A stretch of DNA of 64,000 nt from Phoronis australis (taxonomy: Eukaryota > Animalia > Phoronida): contig NMRA01000274.1 in NCBI GenBank assembly GCA_002633005.1, positions 281,741 through 345,740 on the forward strand, written 5' to 3'. The notes beneath the pieces were generated by a model. It worked only from the letters and a program-made list of their open reading frames with translations, was not told the origin of the DNA and did not search any database. Both the position numbers and the translations under genes were made by a program. Shown here one piece after another: positions 1 to 12,100 of this stretch (positions are counted from its first letter, which is position 1; each line of letters opens with the position of its first letter).

Positions 1-1959
1 ATTTCCAAGCCGCCATTTCACCCAATTAACAACTCGTTGTCGGTCACTTTTCACAAGGGGGCGGAGCTTGCAATAGGTCAACCCAATGAGCTATAGGGTC
101 AAGCTATCACCAGAATTTTGACTGACAGCTTAACTGACCAATCAGAATGCAACATTCTTGACACACCTTCGACTGCATTTCCATGTTGCTATTTTATTCG
201 ACAAACAACATGTTGTCGGTGACTTTTCACAACGGGGCAGAGCTTGTGATAGGTGAATTATGTGTTTTGTACCGTACTTATTATATTGAATAAAAAGTTG
301 ACAAAAAACACAGTATACCCTTATAATATAACAAATTGTTTTGCATGAGTGTAACCATTATCAGTACAGAAAAATCTCACCAATTTGGGACACACTATGG
401 CCAACATGTGAAATGTCATTGATAACTCTCTTCGTGAAAGATTTGTATCACTTAGTAATGCTTTTCCATTGTCAAAATATCCACCAAACGAAATTTTGGA
501 AAATTGTGGGCATTCAAAACTATGTCAGAAACCCTTAAAAAATTGGCGAAATGTCAATTCTCTGTGACTTATCTCTTGTGTGACAGCAAGTGCTCAAAGG
601 GTATCACCAGATAACAATTTCAACAATTTCCTGAGTGAATTTAGAGGATTAGAACTTCACTAAACTAACAGAATAGAGATAACACCAGAAGTGTTAGCTA
701 ATAATCGACATGTGGAGACAAGAGGTCAATGTGTATTGATTTGCAAGAGCTATTTGATATGTATCATGTCATAAAGCTGAAATTGGCCATCAAATGAAAT
801 CCTACATTAGTAGGGTTAAACATCAACTTTTGGCCTGGCGCAACTGATATGGAGCAAACTGATCGGTGTCAAGCGTCCGTTTACACACACAACTCACTAA
901 CTTTGGCAAGACGGAAATTGTAGGCTGGAGAGTGGATCACACATGCGCAGGTTTACAAATGACGGGAGTTGAAGAGACAGAGAATCCGTATTCAGGTCAT
1001 TACACAAGCGCAGTAGGATCCTTTCCACGTGGCAAAAGTTGTCACCGCGGTGTCAGTTTGCTCCAGTTCAGTCCCCTTTACACACATACTTGCGCTGGAA
1101 CAACTCGTTCCGATCCGTGTCAGCTGATCCATGACAACTTTTGTAGTGTAAACGGCACTACTGACACCCTAACCGATAAAGATTGGGCAACTCGACCGGT
1201 TTGTGTACCTCAGGATTTGCCGGTTTAGATCAAAGACACCATGACGCTGCTGAAGTTATCAATCTCTAGATAATGAGACCATCATAAACACGTTGGGGGG
1301 GGGGGGGGGCAAAAGTATTTTTGAACATTCATTTTGAAAGTTTGTCAATTGTTGGTGAATACCGTAGCTTGTGAAAAGCACACATGCCTGAATTTTGAAT
1401 TTGGACAAGAAATGTGAATATTACAACCTAAACCGTTTGTTTAATATTGCAATAATATGGTCGTCATTAATGCTGCTGGGTGTGCAACAACATAATTGGG
1501 TCAACTACCATCAGGCAGCAGTTGGGTTTTGAGCGCCAAGTGCCATCGTATAATTCTTGGCACGACTAAGGCGGCTCATATTTACATCAAAGCTATCATG
1601 CACCTTAATGGCTGCTATACATCTATTTTCATTGAAAAAATATTGTTTTGGTTGTTGTTTCATAACTGTGGGGTTGAAAGATGCATCTGCAAAGAAAAAC
1701 TTGAGTTAGACCATGACTACTTGGCGGTCGGAACACCATAACTATTTGGCGGTTGGAACATATTTTAGATGAGCGTGACAACCAAACTGTCACGTTCCTC
1801 ACTTGACTGCACTAACACTTCATTGACTAAAGCTTCATTGCACTAAACACAAAATATTACTGCACTGTTGCTATTCATTCCATCTAAAATTAAATCACTG
1901 ACTCCTCTAAATGCTGATCTGAGCCTGGTCATCATCTGGTAAACATTTAGCACTAACTA

Positions 1960-2405
1960 TTCTCCTGGAGAGTAAAAATTAAGAAATTTCCACCTGTCAT
2001 GATCTAATCTAGAATCACGCTCCATTAAACTTGTCAAGCAAGCCGTTTGTGTTGGTGGTTCAGCTGGTCAGAGCTTACAGCCACAAAAAGGAATCAACAG
2101 GTGAAAGTTAAGTCTAATTTCTCTGAAAGTCAGTCTTTTTTCTCCATTAGAAGCTTTTTGGTGAAAGTATTTCATACAAAACACATCTACTTCACGACAT
2201 TTGTTGAAAGTCTGCAAATAGTGTTTTTAAATATTGGTTAGCCTCAGGTGCACTGTTTACAGCTGGATTACGTGAACTTATCATATGAAAGTAGACAATA
2301 AGAGAGCTGTACTGTGTAAACATTGGTTTGCCACTGTCAAACTGATAAGGACACTGGCTGTATTCACTGACTAGCCCATCAAACATTCGGGATATAAAAC
2401 TCATT
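1960..2405 (+). repeat. Diverged direct repeat, copy A (upstream of the TLR)
   Basis: Shares colinear blocks with 7340-7780, e.g. AGAAATTTCCA..GATCT..TCTAG.ATCAC, AAAACACATCT..ACATTTGTTGAA, GCTGGATTACGTG, TGTAAACATTG.TTTGCCA, AACTGATAA and TCGGGATA. Confidence 0.8.
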
Positions 2406-3225
2406 GCACATGCGGATGAGTAAGGCTTGTCAGATTTGTTGCTTAAAGATGTTTTTCTTAGAAGTTATACAGTGACTCGCTGATGAGACAATGTTGAACA
2501 CGTGCCAAATGGTGGAGAGAACTCTGCACTCATGTGAAGCTGTGAAACAACTTATAACCCTAGCGCATATGTAATTGGAATAACTTTTGGTCCGCTCACT
2601 CAAATCTGATCTTTTAGAGCGTCACTCAGCTTTAGTACCCATAAGTTTAGAACTTGCATCTTTTGAATTATGGTATAAGGTCTAAAATTCTTGTGGCCGA
2701 GAAATAATGTTAGCGCACAAATCAAAATCCACAATCTAAAAGCCTCTTAAGTCTTTGAGATGTTATTTGAGTTATTGTGACTTCATCAATTAAACCTTTA
2801 TCGATTTTAAATTCAAAGACCCAACCGTGTTAATTTTTCTTATTGAAATCCATTGTGAAGGTTATTTTCTTAAAATTTGAAGTTTAAAACTTTTTTAAAC
2901 AAATCAAGTTATTTACCAAGACTGCTGACCTGACTGTTGTTGGTGGTTCTAGTTGCCAGTTCCCTGTGCTACATGCCGAGTATAAATGACCCCTACCCAC
3001 AAAATGAGCTAGTCCATATACCAGTACTCCTGTGTCAAGAAACATTGAATGCACGAGTTCTTCACTACCAAATGAATTTGAAAAGAATTTTGGCTATCAA
3101 ATCTGACTAAAGCCCCTTCTGTGCCAAGCAATGGTTATCTAAGGACTGAAAAGAGTACACAAAAGGCTTACTTAGGCTAATGGCAGTGTAACTATATGTC
3201 TAAATTTGGATCAACTGAGATTGCA

Positions 3226-3300
3226 GGGGAGCTTCCACTGAATGCGAACCAGGAAGTACTGCTGAGATGTCTGCTGAAATCTAAACTGAGCTGTGACTCA
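3226..3300 (+). promoter_or_regulatory. Candidate immune-responsive motif cluster upstream of the TLR (kappaB, ETS, AP-1)
   Basis: GGGAGCTTCC (fits GGGRNNYYCC) at 3227-3236, CAGGAAGT at 3250-3257 and TGACTCA at 3294-3300, all within about 220 bp of the ATG. Motif matches only. Confidence 0.35.
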
Positions 3301-3442
3301 CCAGGGTCAGGCAAGAGAGACTGGCTGGTTTTATCTGCACTGAGAACCAATCAAGTTACAGCAAAGAAATGCATCCACAGTACCTTCATTCAGTTGCCTG
3401 CAAAAACTTATAGTCTACTGGTACTGATTTGAGGGATTTGCA

Positions 3443-5974
3443 ATGAAGACGTCGCTAAAGGCACTGGTGTCTCTGGCAGCCATTCTACAGCAAGTGATCA
3501 GTGGATTGATGGCTGTAAACTGTCCAGCAAAATGCACATGTAATCCACGAACGAAGCATGTGAAATGCGACGGCAGATATTACAAGGAGCCTTTGCAAGA
3601 GATACCTACAGATATTCCCACTGATACACAGTACCTTACATTGGACAACAGCATACTTACGACATTGAGAGAGAACTCGTTCGCTAATCTCACACAGTTG
3701 AAATTTCTATACCTGAGAAACACCAGTATCAATTTTATTCAAGAGAACGCCTTTTTCGGATTAAACAATCTTCAACTAATTGACCTCTCGTGGAATGACC
3801 TGGGTTACCTAAATAACAGTTTCACAGGAACTTTTGTTGGTGCCGAAAATTTAAAGGAGCTCGTACTGGAAAGAACAAACCTGACTTGTATACCGGATCA
3901 AGTATTGGCTAAACTGAAAAAGCTCTCAGTGCTTGACTTGCAGAGAAATCTAATCACCAACTCAACTTTGGGAGAGGGTTTCCGAAAATTGACGGAACTG
4001 AAACAACTTAGCATACGTCGAAACAATCTGGGTTCTTTGACAAACAGCAGTTTCTCGACGATCAGGCATTTGAAGCTGACACAACTCAACTTGCTGAGAA
4101 GTAAAATTTCACACGTTGAAGTTGGAGCATTTGCGGGATTCACGCATCTTCAAGAGCTGAACATATCTGAGAACAGCTTATACATGTCAAAGAAATCTGT
4201 TGACTTAATGTTGCAACAGCTTTGCCAAGCACCAATAAGGCGACTTGGCTTGAGCCGTACAAATCTCAAGAATATCACCGGGACTTTTTTGTGCTTCAGA
4301 CAGTTGACTTTTTTGGACATTTCTGGAAATGAGTTCGGTAAACTAGAGGATAATACATTTATCAACCAAAATCGCTTGGTTATTCTGCAAATGAAGATGA
4401 ACTTCAAGTTGACTTTTTTCCAACCCAAAGCACTTAAAGGATTGACTACATTAAAAGTCTTAAACCTCTGCAAATGCAATATTTTGCACTTGCCTATTTT
4501 TGTCGACGAGCGAGGGAAATCATTTCTTCCCAAAATACAATTCATTGACCTCACTTTTAACAATATCCAAAAGACTGACAATGTGTATGGGCGGTCTCCT
4601 TTTGCCGGACTCGAGCAACTTACGTCTCTGTTCCTATCACATAATTTACTACAAGAACTAACTGACGATCTACTACAACCACTGCTGCAAGTCAAGTTTC
4701 TTCACATCGACAATAATGAGATAAAAACCATTGGAAAACGTGCGTTCATAGGCCTAACAAACGTTCAATCTTTGACATTGAACAAAAACCCTTGGAAAGC
4801 CAGACAAGTCTGCTATTTTGCCAATCTAACAAGTCTTGAACACTTAATCCTAAGCGGAGTGTATTTACGAACGCTCAATGATTTTATCTATGATGACAGC
4901 TTCAAACCAGAATGCCTGTTCCAAGGTCTTGCCAAATTGAAAGTTCTAGACTTGGGTTCTACAAACTTGAAAGGTTTGCCTGAACGACTGTTCAAAGATC
5001 TGACACAGCTGGAAAGTCTGATTTTACGACAAAATCAAATATCTGGATGGAACGATGTAGTCTTAGAAGATCTTAAGAACCTGCGCTCACTGGATGTAGC
5101 GATGAACCAAATCCGCACTATTAACCAAAGCTCTCTCCGACCAGTGTTATCGACACTGAATCATTTTCAGGCATTTTCTAATCCCTATATTTGTGACTGC
5201 AACCTGACTTGGTATGTTGACTGGGTTCGCCAGATGCACACCAGTACAAGTTTCACACTCAAGATCTCATATAAGGTTCCGTACAACTGTTCAAATTTGA
5301 GACACAAAAGTCTACTGCTGTACAGACCAACATTTTTTGAATGTCATCGTCTGCTGATTATACTTTCTGGATCTGGCTTTGGTCTGTTCATAGTCATCTT
5401 GGCTGTTATTGGCCTACTTTATAAACACCGGTGGTATATTCGCTATTGGATATTTCTATTGAGATCAAGGCATTCCAGTCATTTGGAAGAAACCGACCGA
5501 CTGTTGTACACCTATGACTGTTTCATTACATACAGTGGAGAAGACAGTAATTTGGTTATACAACAGCTATTGCCCAAACTCGAGAACGAATTTGGCTACA
5601 AGATGTGCATCCATGAACGAGATTTCAAACTGGGCCGTGAAATCTCGGAGAACATAGCAGAGAGCATAGAAAAAAGCAGAAAAGTTTTAGTCGTGCTCAC
5701 GCAGAACTTTGTCCAGAGCGAGTGGTGTAAATTTGAAATTAATCTCGCCCATGCTAATGCACTGCATAATGCTCAACAAGCGAGACAATCACTGATTATA
5801 ATACTTGTTGAGGATGTCAGCTTTGAACACATGACTCCGATTCTTAGGTTCCTGATGAGGAAAAAGACATTCTTGGAATGGAGCGATGACACGCAAGGAC
5901 AAAGAGTATTCTGGGAAAGGCTTAAAGATGCCATTCAACAGCGTAGCCAGGCTCCAAGTTTAGACGATGACTAA
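3443..5974 (+). CDS. Toll-like receptor, single exon, single-cysteine-cluster (vertebrate-type) architecture, 843 aa
   Basis: Uninterrupted ORF with a signal peptide (MKTSLKALVSLAAILQQVISG), LRRNT (CPAKCTC..VKC), about 20 LxxLxLxxNxL repeats, LRRCT (NPYICDCNLTWYVDW..C..C), a TM helix (LLIILSGSGFGLFIVILAVIGLLY) and a TIR domain (YDCFITYS, CIHERDFKLG, SEWCKFE, FWERL). Orthology to a numbered TLR cannot be assigned by eye. Confidence 0.97.
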   Translation: MKTSLKALVSLAAILQQVISGLMAVNCPAKCTCNPRTKHVKCDGRYYKEPLQEIPTDIPTDTQYLTLDNSILTTLRENSFANLTQLKFLYLRNTSINFIQENAFFGLNNLQLIDLSWNDLGYLNNSFTGTFVGAENLKELVLERTNLTCIPDQVLAKLKKLSVLDLQRNLITNSTLGEGFRKLTELKQLSIRRNNLGSLTNSSFSTIRHLKLTQLNLLRSKISHVEVGAFAGFTHLQELNISENSLYMSKKSVDLMLQQLCQAPIRRLGLSRTNLKNITGTFLCFRQLTFLDISGNEFGKLEDNTFINQNRLVILQMKMNFKLTFFQPKALKGLTTLKVLNLCKCNILHLPIFVDERGKSFLPKIQFIDLTFNNIQKTDNVYGRSPFAGLEQLTSLFLSHNLLQELTDDLLQPLLQVKFLHIDNNEIKTIGKRAFIGLTNVQSLTLNKNPWKARQVCYFANLTSLEHLILSGVYLRTLNDFIYDDSFKPECLFQGLAKLKVLDLGSTNLKGLPERLFKDLTQLESLILRQNQISGWNDVVLEDLKNLRSLDVAMNQIRTINQSSLRPVLSTLNHFQAFSNPYICDCNLTWYVDWVRQMHTSTSFTLKISYKVPYNCSNLRHKSLLLYRPTFFECHRLLIILSGSGFGLFIVILAVIGLLYKHRWYIRYWIFLLRSRHSSHLEETDRLLYTYDCFITYSGEDSNLVIQQLLPKLENEFGYKMCIHERDFKLGREISENIAESIEKSRKVLVVLTQNFVQSEWCKFEINLAHANALHNAQQARQSLIIILVEDVSFEHMTPILRFLMRKKTFLEWSDDTQGQRVFWERLKDAIQQRSQAPSLDDD

Positions 5975-6786
5975 AACTGAAAGCTATGGTAATTTTTTAC
6001 TAATACAGCACGAAGTATGGATTAGACAAAATTAAAGAAATTGTATTTTGTCAAGTTTCTCGATCACAAAAGAAAAGATAAATAACATCTTAGTCTTGAT
6101 AAAAATGCATTATTTGCTGCAAGATATTCAGCCTTTGAAAAATGGAAGAAAAGAATACTTTAGCAATTATTTTTGCACGAAATAAGCGTAAAATTAGTGA
6201 AATCATTGTAGCAAGGGATCCATTCATGGTAAAAGGTCAAGGTAATCAGACACAAAATACCATCATGGCGTCTAATTCTGCTAACAGCAACAAGAGCAAC
6301 ACGGAGCACTGAAATGCACTCACGACAGCACCACAACGGTGTGCTACTATTGGGCATTGACGTATATGTGGATAGCATGCATTCCCACAAAATCTTGAAC
6401 AAGAATAGACTGATGGAAAGTTACTGCAATCACATTCATTATCTCAGTCACAATTTGATGCTAAGGCTCACGTTCATTCCCAGCAATAACACAACAAAAA
6501 GGTTTTTCTCCATCAAATGCATTTACACATTGGAGAAACCTTCATCAAATGTGCGTTTCTGCGATAGATTGAAGCTTGGCCCCTGAACTGATCACATGCT
6601 CCACCATGTAGTCATACCTGTGTCCGACCCATGAACCAGTGCCATTAGGGTCTATTAGAAATACAAAAACTGAAACATTGTGTGTTCGATAGCTATTACT
6701 ACATGATCCGCAATGCAACTTTTCATAATACTCAGTCGAACTCAGTTTTTGAGACCATTACAGCTCCCAGCTGGTGCAGAACAACA

Positions 6787-6883
6787 CAGGCATCCTCGGC
6801 TTCTGATCGTTCCCAATACACTACATTAATTTTATACCAATATATATGGTGTATTTGGGACGATCAGAAGCTGAGGACGACTG
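6787..6883. mobile_element. Short internally deleted copy of the same foldback family
   Basis: CAGGCATCCTCGGCTTCTGATCGTTCCCAATACAC...GTGTATTTGGGACGATCAGAAGCTGAGGACGACTG has the same termini as 29875-30361. Confidence 0.8.
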
Positions 6884-7339
6884 TGGAACATCAGGAACTC
6901 CATTTAGTGCCAAAACAAAACTTAAGGTCACCGTGGTGCTTGTACTAATCAAAGCAAATGATATCCCGAGATGTGCAGGTCTTTGCCACAAGAAAACTTA
7001 CTACATGGTGACGGGTGCAGATTTCAAATACCGTATTCGCCCTAATAACCGCCCAGGGCTCTTAGAAAAGTTCGTTTCACGGGGGCGCTTATTGTAACCC
7101 AAGGAGGTTGAAACCCGGTCTCCGAAAGGGGTGAAATTGGAAGCTAAAATTCATCATGTTTACGCTCTGTGACGTATATGTAATCTATGAAAGACTTTCT
7201 ACAAAATTGTGGTGCATTAGTATCAAACTTTGCTGCTAAATTACAATTATTTTTTAATTACTGAAAATTGTGCTGAAATCCCAGGGCCAAAACTCGTCGA
7301 CTGACTGCTACGCAGTCGTCGATATGGCGACTTGAATGC

Positions 7340-7780
7340 TAGACTGTTAAAACTGAGAAATTTCCAATGTCACGATCTGATCTAGTATCACATTTGAGTA
7401 AACTAGACAAACAAGCCTATGTACTGGTACACAATGGCATGGTAGTAAGAGGGTCAGTTTGCTGTCACACAAAGAAATCAGTCAACCATTTTTCTCTTTC
7501 AAAGTTTTTTTAGGGATACTGTTACATAGAAAACACATCTTTACAACATTTGTTGAACGTCATTTGGAAATAGTATTTTTAAATATCAGTTACCGTCGGG
7601 TTCACTGTCTGACATAATTGCTGGATTACGTGTCACTGAGCTTATCAGATGAACGCATACATTGAGAGCTGAACAATGTAAACATTGATTTGCCAACTTT
7701 CTCCCCTTGCTATTGCTGTCGAACTGATAACGACAAGTCTGTATCCAGACTAGCTGATCAGTGAAATCGGGATACTCACT
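7340..7780 (+). repeat. Diverged direct repeat, copy B (downstream of the TLR)
   Basis: Colinear with 1960-2405 in the same orientation. Confidence 0.8.
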
Positions 7781-7799
7781 CCACAGAGTGGGAAAATAA

Positions 7800-8025
7800 C
7801 GTACGAACAATAAGTGCGGGGTACAAGTTGTCACCCTTATTTACTATGTCATCTTTTTTGTAAATATTTTTCTGCCCAGTCTTTGTACATATCTTAGTTT
7901 CTTCTTTATTTCTTTATAAGTTTTTATAGGAAACTAGCACCCCTGCTAATGTTTGCTGTACAGTTGCAGTCCTGCATCCGACATAAAATAAATTTTGTTC
8001 TATTCTATTCTATTCACTATTCTAA
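7800..8025 (+). mobile_element. Probable LINE 3' end with poly(A) signal and (TTCTA)n tail
   Basis: AATAAA followed by TTCTATTCTATTCTATTC at about 7987-8020. It begins where similarity between the TLR-flanking repeats breaks off. Confidence 0.45.
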
Positions 8026-9181
8026 ATACAACGATACAGATATGGACACTTGAAACTGCTTAGCATATCGGATGGAGTTACAGTGACCCGATAGCGTGGT
8101 GTCTTCGAAGTCAGTAGCGCCGTCCCAGTAGGGGCCACTTAGTCAAAATAACATCAATGGCTTATTCACTAAGATAGTGAACCAATTAAAGTCCGTGGTT
8201 CTTGCAAGCTGTGCAGGACTGGTTGGCAATTAAATGTAGATTCTTCTGACCAACAGCGACATCTTGGCACAGAGTGCCCTCACCAGGGAAGTAATATGTC
8301 TGTAGCTGCGCCATGACAAATAGGGGATTATACCGGACTGCAAGGCGGCATTACACACCTAACTGATCAATTTGCATTTTTTAAATTAATGCGTTTGACC
8401 GGCACAACTCACCGTGAAACAATCACTGTGACCCCCAGGAGGAAAGACATAACTATTGAGGTGGGGACAACATATCAACTAAAAAGGACAGACAAAGCTA
8501 GTGCAATGAATAGGTCATCTTTTAAATCTACCATTCATCATCCAAGGCTTTTTATGGTTTGAAGTAGCGGAAATACTTTTATCAAACGGCATCCCCGTCA
8601 TAGCACAACCCAAGGAACTACTGGCTGCATACTTGCGAGTGTGTGCCTCATGTATTCAAAGCCATGCTACCCGACGTTCGCACCAAAGAATGTGTTGCAA
8701 GGCTATCGATGCCAATGCGAAAGTTGAATCAGCGCTCTCTAACCGACACATGCATTCGAATAGCAAAGTATCCAACACCCAGGCACTTAATCAAGTCAAG
8801 CCGAAACACTGTTTTATTTACAACTGTCACTGATCTCTTTTTATGTGGGACAAGGGAAAGGTGTGCACGTGCAAGTTCCCAAACTTGAACCGCTGGAGTA
8901 TACAATACACTGGCAGTAACATGTCAGTGACAGAAAACTCATCCATCTGTTGCATGTGCAGTCAAAAACAAGGGCTTGAGAATTTCTTGGTGACTTAAAA
9001 TTACTCTGCTTGCATCAATGCCAAACATTTGACTTAGCAATGAAACTAAAACAGCATAAGAAAGGACAATATGTGTTTTCACAAGTACACAAATATGGAA
9101 CAGATTTAGGAAACACAGTGTCATGCAAATGAGCAATGAAGTCCACTAGGGAGAATACAAAGTAAATGGTACTTCACTCAC

Positions 9182-12100
9182 TTATTAACTTGATCTGTAT
9201 TGCCACTTGAGCCAGATGCTTGGGAGACACTTGACTGGGAGTGTTGGGACTCCACAACAGAGGGCAGCATTGGTTCAGTGTGCTTCAGGGATGCAAAAAG
9301 TGATGTCATTGCTGGAAATAACAGGACAGTTTTAAGTGGTCTAATAATTAATTATTATATCAGTTTAACGTGTTACTTACACACTTCTTAGCACTCAAAT
9401 AAGCCAAAAAATTGTGAAAATCTACTATAAAATCTAGACATTTTCCAACCTGTTGGATGACAACTACAGTACAAACAATACCCAAATACACAGACACTGG
9501 GACACATAAAATGTTTTCACTATCGCTGGAGGTAATGCAAATTTGCATTTGTAGCATTTCTGTTCAGATGGACCTAAAATACACCCTGGAACAAACTTGC
9601 ACTTGTACGCAAACAGGTGCATGTGAAAGGCTTACGTAAGGTCCATCATGAAGTCTGCCGAGCTATATTGCCAAAAATAAAGGACAACCGATATCATGTC
9701 AATAACTAAAATGGCCACCAGATGGTGTTACAGTAGTCCAATTAGTCAGATAATCAACCGCTGTGGGCACATCCCAGCCACAAACCCTTGTGTCAAGATT
9801 CATCAAAGTCTGTTTGGTGCCAGCACATCTCGGCCACACACCTCTGTGACAAATTTCGTAATGGTCTTTTGAAGTTGCATTTTGCCCTGTTTAGCTCTCA
9901 CTTAAACCATCACTTGGTAAGTGACTTAATCACAGGAAGCGGTCAGTGTTGTGTCACATGACTGAGCTATTTCTGAACGGAAGTCTATGCACGCCACTTT
10001 CGAATTTCCAGGTTGGCAAATTCCCAATAAAATCGCTAAATTTGTGATGGATTTCTGACCTGTTGAGAGTTTGGTATGAGAAAACAAGCCCAATCATGGT
10101 AAAGAAAATTTTGAGACCAGTTTTAAAAGAGTAAAAGACCTAATGCAACTTTAAGCGAGTATACTGAAGGACAAGCCATCAAAAGAATCGTACGCTGACA
10201 CCATCACCAGTAGAGTTTGGGCAACTTGACAGGTTCGCGAGCCTCAAATGAACCAATGCCTTCAAAGAAACCATCCAGTTTCACCTGATGTTTTCATTCT
10301 CTGAAGACTGGGTAATCAGGCACGATATTACCCATTACAAACATGGCTCTAACACTGGGGGTGACTATAGTATTTTCAAAATTTTCCTTTGGAAAGTTCT
10401 TAAATAGTATAATTATTTGAATAGTTTGTGAAAATTTCACGTGGTTAGAGTTATGAATTTTGAAAAATTGGACAAGAAATGTTACTTTTATAACGTAAAA
10501 CTTAAAAGAAGTGCATAGCCAGTATTCTGCTTCGTTAATTCTAGTGGAAGTGCAGCATAATGGTTCAATTACCAAGAGTCATAAACCAGCAGTTGGAAAT
10601 TGACAAAAGCCAAGTGTCATCGTACAACTCTAGGCCTGAAAGGCAACGACGGAAATGGCAGACAAGTGGATAAACGGACTGATGGATGGACGGGATGCTG
10701 AATACATACCACGACAATTTTTGTGGGAGTTTAGAAACATTAGGACTGTTAGTGTAATGAAAAGAAGAGCTATGGTAATGTGAATGAGGTTGAACAGTAC
10801 CTTCTGTCTCTTGAATTTGTTTCTGTTGAAGACTTGCGGGCATGTAAGGACTGGCGCCAGCTTCTAAAGCATCGCTAACAAAGTCATCGAGAAACGACAG
10901 CGTGAAGTCAAACTGAAATCGGAACACAGCTCATCCTTCAAAACCTAGTTTAACACTATTCTAGCCAATGAGTCAAATACGGAAACGTTGTTAATTACTG
11001 CTGCTCATGTTTGCCGCTAGGGATCGCTGTAAACTATTGGCTAGGCTCACAATGGTCAAACTTGGCAATTCCACAGAACAATTTTTAAAAAGTTGAGCAA
11101 ACTGGCAATTAACTGTTGTTGCAATGACTCAAACTACAATAACTTTGGAGGAAAAAACTCAAGCAGAAAATAGGTAATATAGAAACAAAATTTAACTTTT
11201 CATTTGAGAATATAATGAAACTGATTTAAAGACGTATTTGCATGCTCCTATGCTAATGTATAGCAGGAACTAAAGGACTATGCTATTTTAACATAATCTA
11301 CACCAAATGAAGTGCAATTGCATTCAATGTCAACTTGTAAATGTGAAAAGAAAAAAGCTGCAAAGGAAAAAGCTGCAAATAGATGACCTTTGTACTCATG
11401 ACGTACCTCGCAGGCTCACATAGTCCGCATCATGCAGTGATATTACCCTTCACCACGTCACGATAATTGTAGGATATGGGTCAGTGATTTTCGGCGGATC
11501 ATTTTTGCCACAAAACTTCTTCTTAAAAACATTAGGCAATTTTTAACCTACTTAATATTTACATCGTCACTATATGTTGTGTTTCTAACAAATTTGACCA
11601 AGCAATTACAGAGATAAGGAATTAGCGTGCAAGTTCCACTTTAAGAGCATCATTTTGTAATAACGTACCTCTTTCAATAAATCACCATTAAAGTCCATAC
11701 TGGTTTTCATTTGGTCGTTTGCCCAACTGATAGCCACAACTTCGCTAATGCGATGTTTCAAGTGGGGCTCCACGCAAAGCAATGACACAGGAATCATTGC
11801 ATCACTTAAAATGTCGCTATTCTGGCACCCCACGACAAGCTTCGAGAGCGCATTCAAAATCCAGTGCTTTGTTTCATTATCTATTGCATCACTGTTCACA
11901 AATGGCACCAGAAGATAAATTAGCTTTGCAGCGACATCTGTTGGCTGGCCTTCCAATGTGGTCCAATAGTGACCAAGTACCTGAAATAATCAAATGTTTT
12001 GCAAACAAATGCAGCAAAGAATTATAGTATTTAGAATTTCAACTGTTTACTGCATCACTTATCTTCACTTGAGAATGAAACAAGTATATTTCGAAATATC

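Noticed and set aside
866-1228. 120-aa ORF
   Set aside because: It has a non-ATG start and no motifs, and it overlaps short inverted repeats (CCGTTTACAC/GTGTAAACGG) typical of a MITE relic.
3898-4695. Antisense ORFs within the TLR (also 25934-28039 within the retroelement)
   Set aside because: These are shadow ORFs of real coding sequence with no recognisable motifs.
4770-4830. Internal NPW..C motif in the TLR ectodomain suggesting a multi-cysteine-cluster (Toll-type) receptor
   Set aside because: It lacks the CxC and the following LRRNT of a true internal cluster, and the LRR register continues normally.
8040-8900. Possible TLR pseudogene or further AP4E1 exons downstream of repeat copy B
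   Set aside because: The frames I translated showed no convincing LRR, TIR or adaptin motifs.
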